Of a stretch of DNA of 64,000 bases, positions 28,030 to 37,575 are shown one piece after another. Each line of letters starts with the position of its first letter. Position 1 is the stretch's first letter. The DNA lies in NCBI GenBank assembly GCA_964607485.1, contig CAZSKP010000006.1, positions 15,704 through 79,703 on the forward strand, in the 5' to 3' direction. Made by a program: the position numbers and the translations under genes. The stretch is from an uncultured bacterium (GTDB taxonomy: Bacteria; Abyssobacteria; SURF-5). The notes below the pieces were generated by a model. It saw only the letters and a program-made list of their open reading frames with translations, ran no database searches and was not told the DNA's origin.

Positions 28030-28836
28030 TCAATCCTCAAGTGGTTCGCAATCCGGTATCGGCGCGCGCGGGCGCTCGTCGAGCAATCGCGCCATCGTTT
28101 CGGTCATCGGAAATTTCTCGCCCAGCTTGACGAATTCGATGTGACCGTCGAGATAGAGGACATTGCCGCTGGGTGGGATATGGCTGAAGTTGGCGGGGTC
28201 GGTGTATGGTCTATCCCACACAATAGGAATATCGGCGGCGGTCTTGGGCGGATCATTCAAGAAACTCTCGGCTCCTCTTTTCAAACGATGAATCACGTTG
28301 CTGCCGCCATTGCCCTTTCCGTCCGCCACGACGATATCCTTGTCGCGATCCTCTGGCGCGAGCTTGTCGTATGCCTCAAAGAACGCCTCGGCCTCCTCGT
28401 CGCTTGTGACGAGCCAGCCGAGGTACACGTAGCTCATATCGGTGATGCAGTCCGGATGCACCTCGCCGACCTTGCAATCTGGATGATGTTCATTTGAGCG
28501 GAGGCGGAAATTGATTGTTGGGTCAAAGTCCGGATCGCTTGGGCACGCCACAATCGAAGCATCCGAAGCGTACTTGAAATATTCGGGGAAAAGCGCATCG
28601 CCCTCAAAGATGAAGTTGTTCTTCGTATCATCGATGACAGGATATCGGCCTTTATTCTCAGAGCCATACAGGTCGAACGCCAGACCGAATTGTTTGAGAT
28701 TGTTGACGCATGCCGCACGCCGGGCGATCTCCACCTTGCGTGAACAAGGCGAGCAAGGGAAGAGTATCAAGAACGCCACGCCCGCAATCACCAACAGCGC
28801 AATAGTCTTTCCAGTACTCGTCCGCTTCCTGCCCAT
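28030..28836 (-). CDS. DUF1559 (H-X9-DG) family protein with a degenerate prepilin-like N-terminus
   Basis: N-terminal ARRAACVNNLKQFGLAFDLY and C-terminal GNVLYLDGHIEFVK match the conserved ends of Planctomycete-type DUF1559 proteins; the GFTLIE cleavage motif is degraded to GKTIALLV. Confidence 0.6.
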   Translation of the reverse strand: MGRKRTSTGKTIALLVIAGVAFLILFPCSPCSRKVEIARRAACVNNLKQFGLAFDLYGSENKGRYPVIDDTKNNFIFEGDALFPEYFKYASDASIVACPSDPDFDPTINFRLRSNEHHPDCKVGEVHPDCITDMSYVYLGWLVTSDEEAEAFFEAYDKLAPEDRDKDIVVADGKGNGGSNVIHRLKRGAESFLNDPPKTAADIPIVWDRPYTDPANFSHIPPSGNVLYLDGHIEFVKLGEKFPMTETMARLLDERPRAPIPDCEPLED

Positions 28837-28954
28837 GGCGCACCTCCCTTTCGATAAGGCCTCAAGAGATTCGCAGCGTCACCTATCCCTCACAATAGGG
28901 TATCGAGGGGCGCGGGTGCTCGTCTAGCAACCGCGCCAGCCTCCTGTTGTGTGG

Positions 28955-31351
28955 TCATTCGGTGACGGTCGTGTCGTAACGCACGCCCTCGGGCACGGGT
29001 ACCGGCACCGCCACGCTCACGCCCTCTTCTCCGGCCGTTTTCTCCAATTCGTCCACGGCCACGAACGCGGTGTATTCGCACAGAAGGTGGTACGTGAGCG
29101 ACGTGTCGATTATCTTGCCTTTCAGTTCCTCCGAGGGATTATAAGTCTCCTGGTCGGAGAGGTCGGCAATCTTCCAGCGCGCCCAGATGCTCTCGATGGC
29201 GGGATGCTCGGCCTCGGCGTCGGGGTCGACGTTGACCATGAACGAGCGCTCCTCGCCGCCGACGCGGCCGCTCACGCGGATGGCTGCCGGCGGCTCGCCC
29301 TCGAACCGACCCGTCACCAGCACGGGCCGGCCCACGAACAGGTCGGGAATCTGTCGCGGATACACATCGGAAACGTTCGCGTCGCCCCAGTCGATGCCGA
29401 TGTCGGCCAACGCTGGGTGCGCCGCGCGCTCGTAGAACAGATCCACCTCTTCTCCGGCGGAGTCATCCAGGCCGACGTACGCAACCGCCCCGCGACCGAG
29501 CCTGGCCATTCCTGCGAGCAGGTAGCGGTTCGTCGAACTGCCCACGCCGAAGCTGAAGATGCGCGCGGGCCCGACCTTCTCTTTGACGGCCGCAAGAATC
29601 TCGGCCTCGTTTCCGATGTATCCGTCGGTCATGAACGACACGACGCGCAGGCGGTTCTCGTCGTGAGGGAAGTCGAGCGCGGCCTTGATGCCCTCTATCA
29701 TCATTGTGCCGCCGCTGCCATGGAGGAACTTGAGATATGCCAGGCCCTTCCCAACGTTCCAGGCGGTGGCGGGAATAGGCTCAGACCCGAGGCTGGAGGC
29801 GTCCTGCGAGAAGCGGATGATCTGGAATGTGTCGTCGGGCTCCAGCTTGCGCAGGCAGCGCCGCATCGCCTCCTTTGCCTTGGCCAGAGGCTCGCCCGAC
29901 ATGCTCCCCGAACAGTCGAGCACAAACACCATCTCGCGCGGCGTCCGGGGCAGGCCGGCGAGCTCCTGCGGCGGCTGGAGAACGAGCGCGAATGTGCCTC
30001 CACTCTCGCCTCGGTGAATGAGCATTGCCGTCTTTATCCGGTCGCCCGCCGTCTTGTAACGCAGAACGAAATCGCGGTTCGGTATGCGGTCGTTTGGGCT
30101 GAGAGCCACATGCACGCGCGAGGGCGCGACGCGACTGACCTCTATCGCGTGAGTGCGACTGCGGACCTCTTCGATTGCGACGCCGGCGTCGATGTCGAGG
30201 CTGAGCGAGATGTCGTGACCGCTGCGCTCGCCGGGTTTCAGATACTGGACCTCGGTCGTCTGGCCCGACGCGCCCGCGCTGCCCCGGCCCACCGCGCCGA
30301 CTCCGTTGGTTTTGCCCGGCGGGTTGAAGCGAGGGCCCACGACCATCGGGAAGACAAACTCGTATTCGCCGTCTCGGTAGGCGAGAGGATTGAAATAGAC
30401 AATCTGGACGTCCACCCGCTTGCCCGGTTCGATATTTGCCACCTTCTGCGTGAACACGTTCGGCCGTTCCTGCGTGAGCAGCGAGGCGACGTATCCCTGC
30501 GAGCGGGCCTCTTCATATATCTCGAGCGCTTCCTCGCGCTCGCGGATGATGCCGCGTATGCGCCGCTCGCCAACGATCATTAGGAAGTCGGTGACCGCCG
30601 CGCTCTGGGGCAGAGGGAACACGTACTCGGCCTCTATCTTGGTGTCGTATGGGTTATGAAACTGCTGGGTCACCTCGACCGTGGCGACAAAGGCTGACAC
30701 ACGCCCCTTCACCTCGGTGTGCTCGAGAGGCACGGCCACTTCCTTTTCGTCGATGAGCGCGCGCAGCTCGCCCTGCGTGGGCTGGTCCTTGGCGGGTTCC
30801 GTCTCCGGCTCGGAAGCGGAGAGCTCGACTACCCACACCTCGTCAAATGCGCCGGCCGCCTCCCACGGTTCAAGATCCAGTTCATCGGCTATGAGCCGAT
30901 TGAACCCGTACGGGCCGGCTCGTCGGGCCGACTCCCGCGCCTTGGCGAGAGATGGGAGAACGATGGCGATGGCGAGAAGGATCGAGCAGTTGAGAAACAG
31001 GCCCGCGAGCGCTCTCCGCCTGTCACCCGGCAGTGTGACGCCGAGGATGCTGGCAATGATTCCCGCGAGGCCCAGAACCGGGATGCTTATTGCGGACAGT
31101 CCGAGAAGGATCTCCGCCCAGTTTGGCAAGTATCCATTCTCGCTGAGTGCGATTAACGCCACAGTCAGCCCCGCCATGACAATGCCGGCAAGGCCCAGCC
31201 GGACGCCGGTCCTTGCCACCACGCCGGGCCTTTTCGGGGTAGGCGGGTCGCCTTGAACTTCTCTTAACTCTGAACCGCAGTGCTCACACCTGACCGCATC
31301 CTTCGGGAGTTCCTTTTTGCAGCTTGGGCAAACCTTCGATTGCTGTGCCAT
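28955..31351 (-). CDS. Zinc-ribbon / 4-TM / VIT / von Willebrand factor A multidomain protein
   Basis: N-terminal CPSCKK...CEHCG ribbon; four TM helices; VIT-like beta region; VWA MIDAS motif VFVLDCSGSMSG with downstream T and D residues. Confidence 0.75.
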   Translation of the reverse strand: MAQQSKVCPSCKKELPKDAVRCEHCGSELREVQGDPPTPKRPGVVARTGVRLGLAGIVMAGLTVALIALSENGYLPNWAEILLGLSAISIPVLGLAGIIASILGVTLPGDRRRALAGLFLNCSILLAIAIVLPSLAKARESARRAGPYGFNRLIADELDLEPWEAAGAFDEVWVVELSASEPETEPAKDQPTQGELRALIDEKEVAVPLEHTEVKGRVSAFVATVEVTQQFHNPYDTKIEAEYVFPLPQSAAVTDFLMIVGERRIRGIIREREEALEIYEEARSQGYVASLLTQERPNVFTQKVANIEPGKRVDVQIVYFNPLAYRDGEYEFVFPMVVGPRFNPPGKTNGVGAVGRGSAGASGQTTEVQYLKPGERSGHDISLSLDIDAGVAIEEVRSRTHAIEVSRVAPSRVHVALSPNDRIPNRDFVLRYKTAGDRIKTAMLIHRGESGGTFALVLQPPQELAGLPRTPREMVFVLDCSGSMSGEPLAKAKEAMRRCLRKLEPDDTFQIIRFSQDASSLGSEPIPATAWNVGKGLAYLKFLHGSGGTMMIEGIKAALDFPHDENRLRVVSFMTDGYIGNEAEILAAVKEKVGPARIFSFGVGSSTNRYLLAGMARLGRGAVAYVGLDDSAGEEVDLFYERAAHPALADIGIDWGDANVSDVYPRQIPDLFVGRPVLVTGRFEGEPPAAIRVSGRVGGEERSFMVNVDPDAEAEHPAIESIWARWKIADLSDQETYNPSEELKGKIIDTSLTYHLLCEYTAFVAVDELEKTAGEEGVSVAVPVPVPEGVRYDTTVTE

Positions 31352-31395
31352 GGCAATCCCCTCCGCTTAAGTTTTTGATTCCGCCCAGTTGCATA

Positions 31396-31869
31396 TTACT
31401 CCGAGTCGTGGCTGGATTCCTGCTCCTCATCCTCCGCGCGGCGAGAGGCCTCCGCGTCCTCCGCTCGCATCAGCTTGGCGAGCTTCGCAGTGTCGGCGAA
31501 CATCTCGACGTGCCCGCAGGCAGGACACGCCCGTGCCGCAACATCGACGACCGACTCGCTAAACACGAAGAACTTGGTCTTCTTGGGCATGAAATAGAGC
31601 TTGCCCGTCGAGCGTACGCTTCCCGGCAGCAGAAAGCCGTGCCCACAGACCGAGCAACGAGCGGCGTGATGTTCGGCCTCATCCTTAGCAGTGACCTTGC
31701 GGGCGACCATGTCGAGGTTCTCGCGCCGGAACCGCGTGGCCCCGCCTATTTTGAAGAAGCTGAGCGTGCCCTCTCGCATCCATCGGAAGATGGTCGGCTC
31801 GCTGACACCGAGGTAGCGCGACGCCTCCTTGATGGTCAACCATCCCTCTGCCGTAACCAAATCAGCCAT
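31396..31869 (-). CDS. Excisionase/MerR-type HTH DNA-binding protein fused to a C-terminal double CxxC zinc ribbon
   Basis: Start set at the second Met behind AGGAGGTGG; HTH segment LTIKEASRYLGVSEPTIFRWMREG; CSVCGH ... CPACGH ribbon. Confidence 0.6.
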   Translation of the reverse strand: MADLVTAEGWLTIKEASRYLGVSEPTIFRWMREGTLSFFKIGGATRFRRENLDMVARKVTAKDEAEHHAARCSVCGHGFLLPGSVRSTGKLYFMPKKTKFFVFSESVVDVAARACPACGHVEMFADTAKLAKLMRAEDAEASRRAEDEEQESSHDSE

Positions 31870-32324
31870 TGCCACCTCCTATCGTTTTATATTATTGACT
31901 ATCATTTCATATCATATTATATCGTACCGCTTCGAATCTGTCAAGGCCTAACGGTCAAGAAAATCGTTTGCAGGCAAAAAAGATCGAGAGAAGGCCTGGT
32001 CATACGAAACCTTGCCGGGAGGGGATTTCAGACGACTTCTTGTCGGCAACTAATTACCGTTGCTTATCTTAGGAATGTGGCGCATGCTGACTCTATTTTG
32101 CCTCGAACTCGCCTTTATGAAACTCGAGCTCTTTTCTTGTGGAGCGTTTGCTGCGATCAGGCGGGCCCTTGACAAATTGGGCGATGGGTGATAAGATATT
32201 ATTGAGTGAGTACTCACTCAATTTTTCGGTGGGCTTTACAGAATAAGGAGAAACGAAGATCGACAGGCAACGCAAAAACCAGAAGCGGCCAAGGGCGTCG
32301 TCCTCGGAAACCAAGCAGAGAATT

Positions 32325-32870
32325 GTGGATGCCGCGCTCGCAATTGCAGCCAAGAAGGGGTTCGAGCAGGCGACCACGGCCGAGATCGCGAGACACGCAG
32401 GCGTGGCCGAGGGCTCGATTTATAACTATTTCCGGGCGAAAGACGACCTCCTCTTCCACATGGTCGAGCAGTATGCCACGTCCTTCCTCGGGCAGCTTAC
32501 CGCTGAAATCGAGGGTGAGACGGATGCGCTCGCGAAACTCGAGCGACTCATCGCATTTCATATCCGATTTTTCACACAGGAGGGCAACATCTTCCAAGTT
32601 GTGTTCGGCAAGACATGGGGGACCAGGGTGCAGATGGCGCGCATCATTCGTGGCGCTATTGCCCCGTACATGGTCCTCGTGGAACAGATAGTCACCGAAG
32701 GCATCGCGCGGGGACGATTCAAGAAGCTGAACCCGCAGATAGCCGCGTCGTTTCTTCTCGGGGGGCTGCAGCTCACGTTGGTGCGACGGTTTTTCGACCT
32801 CGCCGACTACAGTCCCGAAGAGGCGATCGAGCAGGTTCGGAAAATCTACCTGGACGGCCTGATAGCATAA
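32325..32870 (+). CDS. TetR-family transcriptional regulator
   Basis: GTG start; N-terminal TetR HTH (GFEQATTAEIARHAGVAEGSIYNYFRAKDDLL). Confidence 0.85.
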   Translation: MDAALAIAAKKGFEQATTAEIARHAGVAEGSIYNYFRAKDDLLFHMVEQYATSFLGQLTAEIEGETDALAKLERLIAFHIRFFTQEGNIFQVVFGKTWGTRVQMARIIRGAIAPYMVLVEQIVTEGIARGRFKKLNPQIAASFLLGGLQLTLVRRFFDLADYSPEEAIEQVRKIYLDGLIA

Positions 32871-32905
32871 CAACCGCCTTCATAGGCTTGAATTGCGAGG
32901 ATGGT

Positions 32906-33982
32906 ATGACACAGGCTACCGATGAACGCGGCACGAAGCGGAACACGAAGAGGCCATTGCTCGTGAGAATTGTCGGGATAGCTGTTCTTTTGGTGGTCGT
33001 CTCTTTCCTCTGGTGGCGCTTCGGTCCCATTTCGGAGCGGAACGCAAATCGGTCGAAGATTCTCGCCACGGGCACCATCGAGGCCACCGAAGTCGAGGTG
33101 TCTGCGGAACTCGGTGGAACAATCGAGAAACTGTTGGTCGATGAAGGCTACCGCATGGAACGCGGGCAGCCGGTGGCGAAGATAGAGGACAGCCAATTGC
33201 AGGCCGAGGCGCTGCGCGCCGAGGCGGCGCTCGAATCGGCCCGTGCGGCGCTGGAGGACTTGGAGGCGGGAGCGCGCTCCGAGGAGTTGCAGCGCGCCCG
33301 GGCGAGGGTGGGGCTTGCCAAAGCCACGCTTGCGCTCGCCGAAACCGAGTGGCAACGCGCGGAGAGACTTTTCAAGGACGGCGTCTTGTCCGAGGACCAG
33401 CGCGACAATGCCCGCACGAGCCTCGACGTGGCAAAGAGCCAGCACGATGTCGCCGCCGAGGAACTGAAACTGCTCGAGGCCGGCTCGAGGCCCGACCAGA
33501 TAGAGGCCGCCCGCTGGCAGCTCAAACAGGCCGAAGCCGCGTTGCGGCTGGCCAGGGTGAGGCTCGATAAGACGAACATATCAGCGCCCATTTCCGGAAC
33601 CGTGCTGGTCAAGAGTTCCGAACAAGGCGAGGTGGTTTCCCCCGGCGTGCCCATCGTCACAATCGCCGACCTCGACGACATGTGGGTCAAGATATACATC
33701 GACGAGGTTGACATCGGAACGCTGAAGCTCGGCCAACATGCGAAGGTCCGGGTGGATTCATTTCCGGGAAAAGAGTTCTCCGGCAAAGTGACATACATAT
33801 CCGACGAGGCCGAGTTCACTCCCAAGAACATCCAGACTCGCGAGGACAGGGTCAAGCTCGTGTTTGCGGTCAAGATAGGCATCGACAATGCCGGCGGCCT
33901 GCTAAAGCCGGGAATGTATGCAGACATCGAACTCGAAGCGATGACGCCGGAACCCCACATGGCCGGCGCCGAATCGGATTGA
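32906..33982 (+). CDS. HlyD-family membrane fusion protein (YbhG-like)
   Basis: Start refined to MTQATDERG; single N-terminal TM; long coiled coil; lipoyl-like hairpin and beta-barrel region (ISAPISGTVL...). Confidence 0.85.
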   Translation: MTQATDERGTKRNTKRPLLVRIVGIAVLLVVVSFLWWRFGPISERNANRSKILATGTIEATEVEVSAELGGTIEKLLVDEGYRMERGQPVAKIEDSQLQAEALRAEAALESARAALEDLEAGARSEELQRARARVGLAKATLALAETEWQRAERLFKDGVLSEDQRDNARTSLDVAKSQHDVAAEELKLLEAGSRPDQIEAARWQLKQAEAALRLARVRLDKTNISAPISGTVLVKSSEQGEVVSPGVPIVTIADLDDMWVKIYIDEVDIGTLKLGQHAKVRVDSFPGKEFSGKVTYISDEAEFTPKNIQTREDRVKLVFAVKIGIDNAGGLLKPGMYADIELEAMTPEPHMAGAESD

Positions 33983-33996
33983 GAAGGGTATCGGTC

Positions 33997-34938
33997 ATGG
34001 CGGCGAGAAACAACGAGGCGGCAATAGAGACCCACCATCTCACGCGCAGGTTCGGCTCTCTCGTGGCCGTCAATGATCTCAGCCTCAGCATTTCGCGGGG
34101 CGAGATATTCGGTTTTTTGGGGCCGAACGGAGCGGGCAAGAGCACGACCATCCGAATGCTTTGCGGCATACTGCGCCCCTCGGGGGGAACCGGCACGGTC
34201 GGCGGATACGACATCGAAAAGCAGCCCGAGCAGATCAAGCGGATCATCGGCTACATGTCGCAGAACTTCGGGCTTTACAACGACCTCACCGTGGAGGAAA
34301 ACCTGGCGTTCTATTCGCGCATCTATCTCCGCAACTGGAAACTGGCACGCGAGAAATGCGAGTCCGTCATCCAGGCGATGAAGCTGGAGGAGTACCGCAA
34401 CCAGTTAAGCGCCAAGCTGTCAGGCGGCTGGAAGCAGCGGCTCGCGCTCGCCTGTGCCGTCGTGCACGAGCCGGAGATTCTGTTCCTCGACGAGCCCACG
34501 GCGGGCATAGACCCCGTCTCGCGGCGCGTGCTGTGGGACATCCTGTACGACCTTTCGCAGAACAAGGGAATAACCCTGTTCGTGACGACGCATTACATGG
34601 AAGAGGCCGAGCGATGCAACAAGATAGGGTTCATATGGCGCGGCCTTCTCGTCGCCTGCGACTCGCCCGCCAACGTAAAGAGCCACATCATGACCGATGA
34701 GCTTCTCAACCTGAAATGCTCGGATATCCAGAAGGCATTCGAGATTCTGTCGAAATCGGGCGACATCATCGACGTCAATATTTACGGCGACGAGCTCCAC
34801 ATTGTCGTCCCCAACGCGCGCGAAGGGGCCGAGCGCGTGCGCCGATTCATGGACGAGGCCGGTGTGGAGGTTCAGTCGCTCGAGCCCATCGCGGCCTCGA
34901 TAGAGGATGTCTTCGTGTCGCTTTCCCGCAAGAATTGA
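33997..34938 (+). CDS. ABC transporter ATP-binding protein (ABC-2 type)
   Basis: Walker A GPNGAGKST; LSGGWKQR signature; Walker B ILFLDEPTAGID; start placed at MAARNN behind a GAAGGG RBS. Confidence 0.85.
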   Translation: MAARNNEAAIETHHLTRRFGSLVAVNDLSLSISRGEIFGFLGPNGAGKSTTIRMLCGILRPSGGTGTVGGYDIEKQPEQIKRIIGYMSQNFGLYNDLTVEENLAFYSRIYLRNWKLAREKCESVIQAMKLEEYRNQLSAKLSGGWKQRLALACAVVHEPEILFLDEPTAGIDPVSRRVLWDILYDLSQNKGITLFVTTHYMEEAERCNKIGFIWRGLLVACDSPANVKSHIMTDELLNLKCSDIQKAFEILSKSGDIIDVNIYGDELHIVVPNAREGAERVRRFMDEAGVEVQSLEPIAASIEDVFVSLSRKN

Positions 34939-34998
34939 GCGCGAGTTTCCATGGACCCGAATGCTTGTGAAACTGGCAAGCACAATGTTCTAAAGGAT

Positions 34999-35136
34999 GT
35001 CATCCCGAGCGAAGCCATGTCATCCTGAGCGAAGCCATGTCATCCTGAACGAAGCCATGTCATCCTGAGCGAAGCGAAGGATCTCTTTTTGAAAAAGCTG
35101 AGGCGTCTTGAGATTCTTCGCTACGTTTAGAATGAC
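34999..35136. repeat. Palindromic repeat copy expanded by tandem 20-nt units (GTCATCCYGARCGAAGCCAT x3), inside the ABC-ATPase/permease intergenic spacer
   Basis: Direct reading; right arm ATTCTTCGCTACGTTTAGAATGAC. Confidence 0.7.
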
Positions 35137-35214
35137 GGTTGATGAAGTTTTGAAGCAAGAGCACACGAATCCATTCGGGCAACATTCATTTCACACCCTT
35201 CTTGAGGTAAGACG

Positions 35215-36348
35215 ATGTCGCGGCTGTTCGCGTTGATACGAAAAGAAATCATCCAGGTCCTTCGCGACCCCATCTCGCTCATCATCATGTTCGTGATGCC
35301 GGGATTCATGCTGGTCCTGTTCGGCGTGGCCATATCGCTCGACGTGAACCGGATAAGACTCGCCGTCTGGGACCTCGACCGGACGCCCAGCTCGCGCGAG
35401 TTCATCCGTCGGCTGACCGAGAGCGGCTATTTCCACATAGTCGCCCACGTCGGCAACGACCGTGAGATCAGGCGGCTGGTCGATGCCGGCGAGGTCAGCG
35501 TCGCCGTGAAGATTCCGCCCGATTTCGAGCGCAACCTGAGGGCTGCGCAGCCATCACCCGTCAGAATAGTGGTCGATGGGGCCGACAACAATACGGCCAC
35601 TATCACGCTGAGCTACATCAACCTGATAGTGGAGCGATATTCAACCGAACGACTCATCGAGGGATTCGGCCGGCGCGGGGTTCCGGTTGAAAGGGTGCGA
35701 CTGCCGGTCGAGCTGGAGCCGCGCATCTGGTACAACCCCGAGCTGTTGAGCGAAAATTTCTTCGTGCCGGGATTGATAGGATTGGTCATGATGGTCACGA
35801 CCACCGTGCTCACCGCGCTTTCGATCGTGAAGGAGAGAGAGCGGGGAACCATCGAGATGCTGATGGTCTCGCCCCTCTCGCGGGCAGAGCTGGTGCTGGG
35901 CAAGATATTTCCGTATTTTGTGATAGCGCTCATCAACACGGTCGTGCTGGTTGTGTTGGCACAGTTGCTGTTCGGCGTTCCCTTTCGGGGCAGCACAGCC
36001 TTGTTCCTCGCGCTATCGGCCCTCTTTCTCCTGACCGCCCTGAGCTTTGGGGTGTTCATATCGACGCTGGCTTCGAGCCAGCAGGTGGCCTGGACGGTGT
36101 GTATGCTCTCGACCGTGCTCCCTTCATTTCTGCTCTCCGGCTTCATATTCCCTATCGAGAGCATGCCGTGGGGCATACGGCTGTTCACGTATCTTGTGCC
36201 CGTGCGCTATTACATGGTCATAATCAGGGGAATCATACTCAAAGGAGTGGGCGCCGAATCGCTCGTTCCCCAGATAGTGAGTCTGGCCGTTTTCGCGTTC
36301 GTCATGATAACGGTTTCCTCGCGGAGGGTAGCCCGGAGGCTCGCATAG
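35215..36348 (+). CDS. ABC-2 type transporter permease (YbhS/YbhR-like)
   Basis: N-terminal cytoplasmic helix, large periplasmic loop, then 5 C-terminal TM helices. Confidence 0.8.
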   Translation: MSRLFALIRKEIIQVLRDPISLIIMFVMPGFMLVLFGVAISLDVNRIRLAVWDLDRTPSSREFIRRLTESGYFHIVAHVGNDREIRRLVDAGEVSVAVKIPPDFERNLRAAQPSPVRIVVDGADNNTATITLSYINLIVERYSTERLIEGFGRRGVPVERVRLPVELEPRIWYNPELLSENFFVPGLIGLVMMVTTTVLTALSIVKERERGTIEMLMVSPLSRAELVLGKIFPYFVIALINTVVLVVLAQLLFGVPFRGSTALFLALSALFLLTALSFGVFISTLASSQQVAWTVCMLSTVLPSFLLSGFIFPIESMPWGIRLFTYLVPVRYYMVIIRGIILKGVGAESLVPQIVSLAVFAFVMITVSSRRVARRLA

Positions 36349-37506
36349 GTGTTCAGGCAGTTACTCAACATCACACTCAAGGAGTTCGTCCAACTAAGGC
36401 GGGACAAGCGCATGTTTCCGCTGATATTGATAGCTCCCATTCTGCAGATGCTCCTTTACGGATACGCGGCCACGTTCGACATTGAGAACATACCCACCGC
36501 CGTTTACGATTCCAGCCGCTCGGCCGAATCGCGTGAGTACCTGCGCCGGTTCTTCAATTCACGCTATTTTCGACACGAGCTCTATACCGACAGCTACGCG
36601 GGGGTTCACTCGGCCCTGGACTCCGGCAGGGTGACCGCGGCGATAGTTATTCCCGGCGACTTCTCGAGTGACCTGAGGCGCGGTAGCGGCGCGAAGGTGC
36701 AGGTGCTGATTGACGGCACCAACTCGAACGAGGCGACTCTCGCGGCCAACTATGCGGCGAGGATATCGCAGAGATACTCGGTCGAGCAGTTGATGACTCA
36801 GGTAAGAATACTGGGAGGCGGCGAGATGCTCGACGCCGCTCAGCGCGCGGCCGAAGGAGGGATGCTCGTGGACGACCGCCTCCGCGTGCTGTACAACCCC
36901 AGCCTGCAGAGCCGCAACTTCATGGTGCCCGGCGTCATCGCGCTCATACTTCTCGTCATGACGTCCATAATGACGGCGATGAGCCTCGTCCGGGAAAAGG
37001 AAATCGGGACGATGGAACAGCTCATCGTCACCCCGCTCAACCCTGTCGCCCTGATTCTGGGGAAACTCATTCCCTTCATCGGCATCGGGATGATAGACGT
37101 CGCCATCGTGCTGGTGGCGGCGGTGTTCTGGTTCGGGATACCCATTCGGGGCAGCGTCCCGCTTCTTTTCGCTCTTTCCGGCCTGTTCCTTATCTCCACG
37201 CTTGGGTTCGGCCTGCTCGTCTCCACTTTTTGCCGGTCGCAGCAGCAGGCGATGATTACCGCATTTCTCGCCATACTTCCGATGATCCTTCTTTCCGGCT
37301 TCATCTTTCCCATCGCAAACATGCCCGTACCCATACAGTATATGACCTACCTGATGCCAGTCCGGTACTTCTTGATTATCATTCGGGGGATAATCCTCAA
37401 GGGCATCGGCGCAGATGTGCTCGCGGCCCAGATATATCCCCTGGTGGCATTCGGAACCGCGATGGTGCTGATCTGTCTGGCTCGCTTCCGCAAACGAATT
37501 GAGTAG
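36349..37506 (+). CDS. ABC-2 type transporter permease (second paralog)
   Basis: Same architecture as the preceding gene; GTG start directly after the upstream stop. Confidence 0.8.
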   Translation: MFRQLLNITLKEFVQLRRDKRMFPLILIAPILQMLLYGYAATFDIENIPTAVYDSSRSAESREYLRRFFNSRYFRHELYTDSYAGVHSALDSGRVTAAIVIPGDFSSDLRRGSGAKVQVLIDGTNSNEATLAANYAARISQRYSVEQLMTQVRILGGGEMLDAAQRAAEGGMLVDDRLRVLYNPSLQSRNFMVPGVIALILLVMTSIMTAMSLVREKEIGTMEQLIVTPLNPVALILGKLIPFIGIGMIDVAIVLVAAVFWFGIPIRGSVPLLFALSGLFLISTLGFGLLVSTFCRSQQQAMITAFLAILPMILLSGFIFPIANMPVPIQYMTYLMPVRYFLIIIRGIILKGIGADVLAAQIYPLVAFGTAMVLICLARFRKRIE

Positions 37507-37575
37507 ACGTTGCACTTGATGCGAGCGCCATGATAAAATTGGCCGACGGTTGCTAACGCTGAAAGGCGGTCCCGA

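Noticed and set aside
28949-30583. 544-aa plus-strand ORF
   Set aside because: Antisense of the VIT-VWA gene, which has clear domain motifs on the minus strand.
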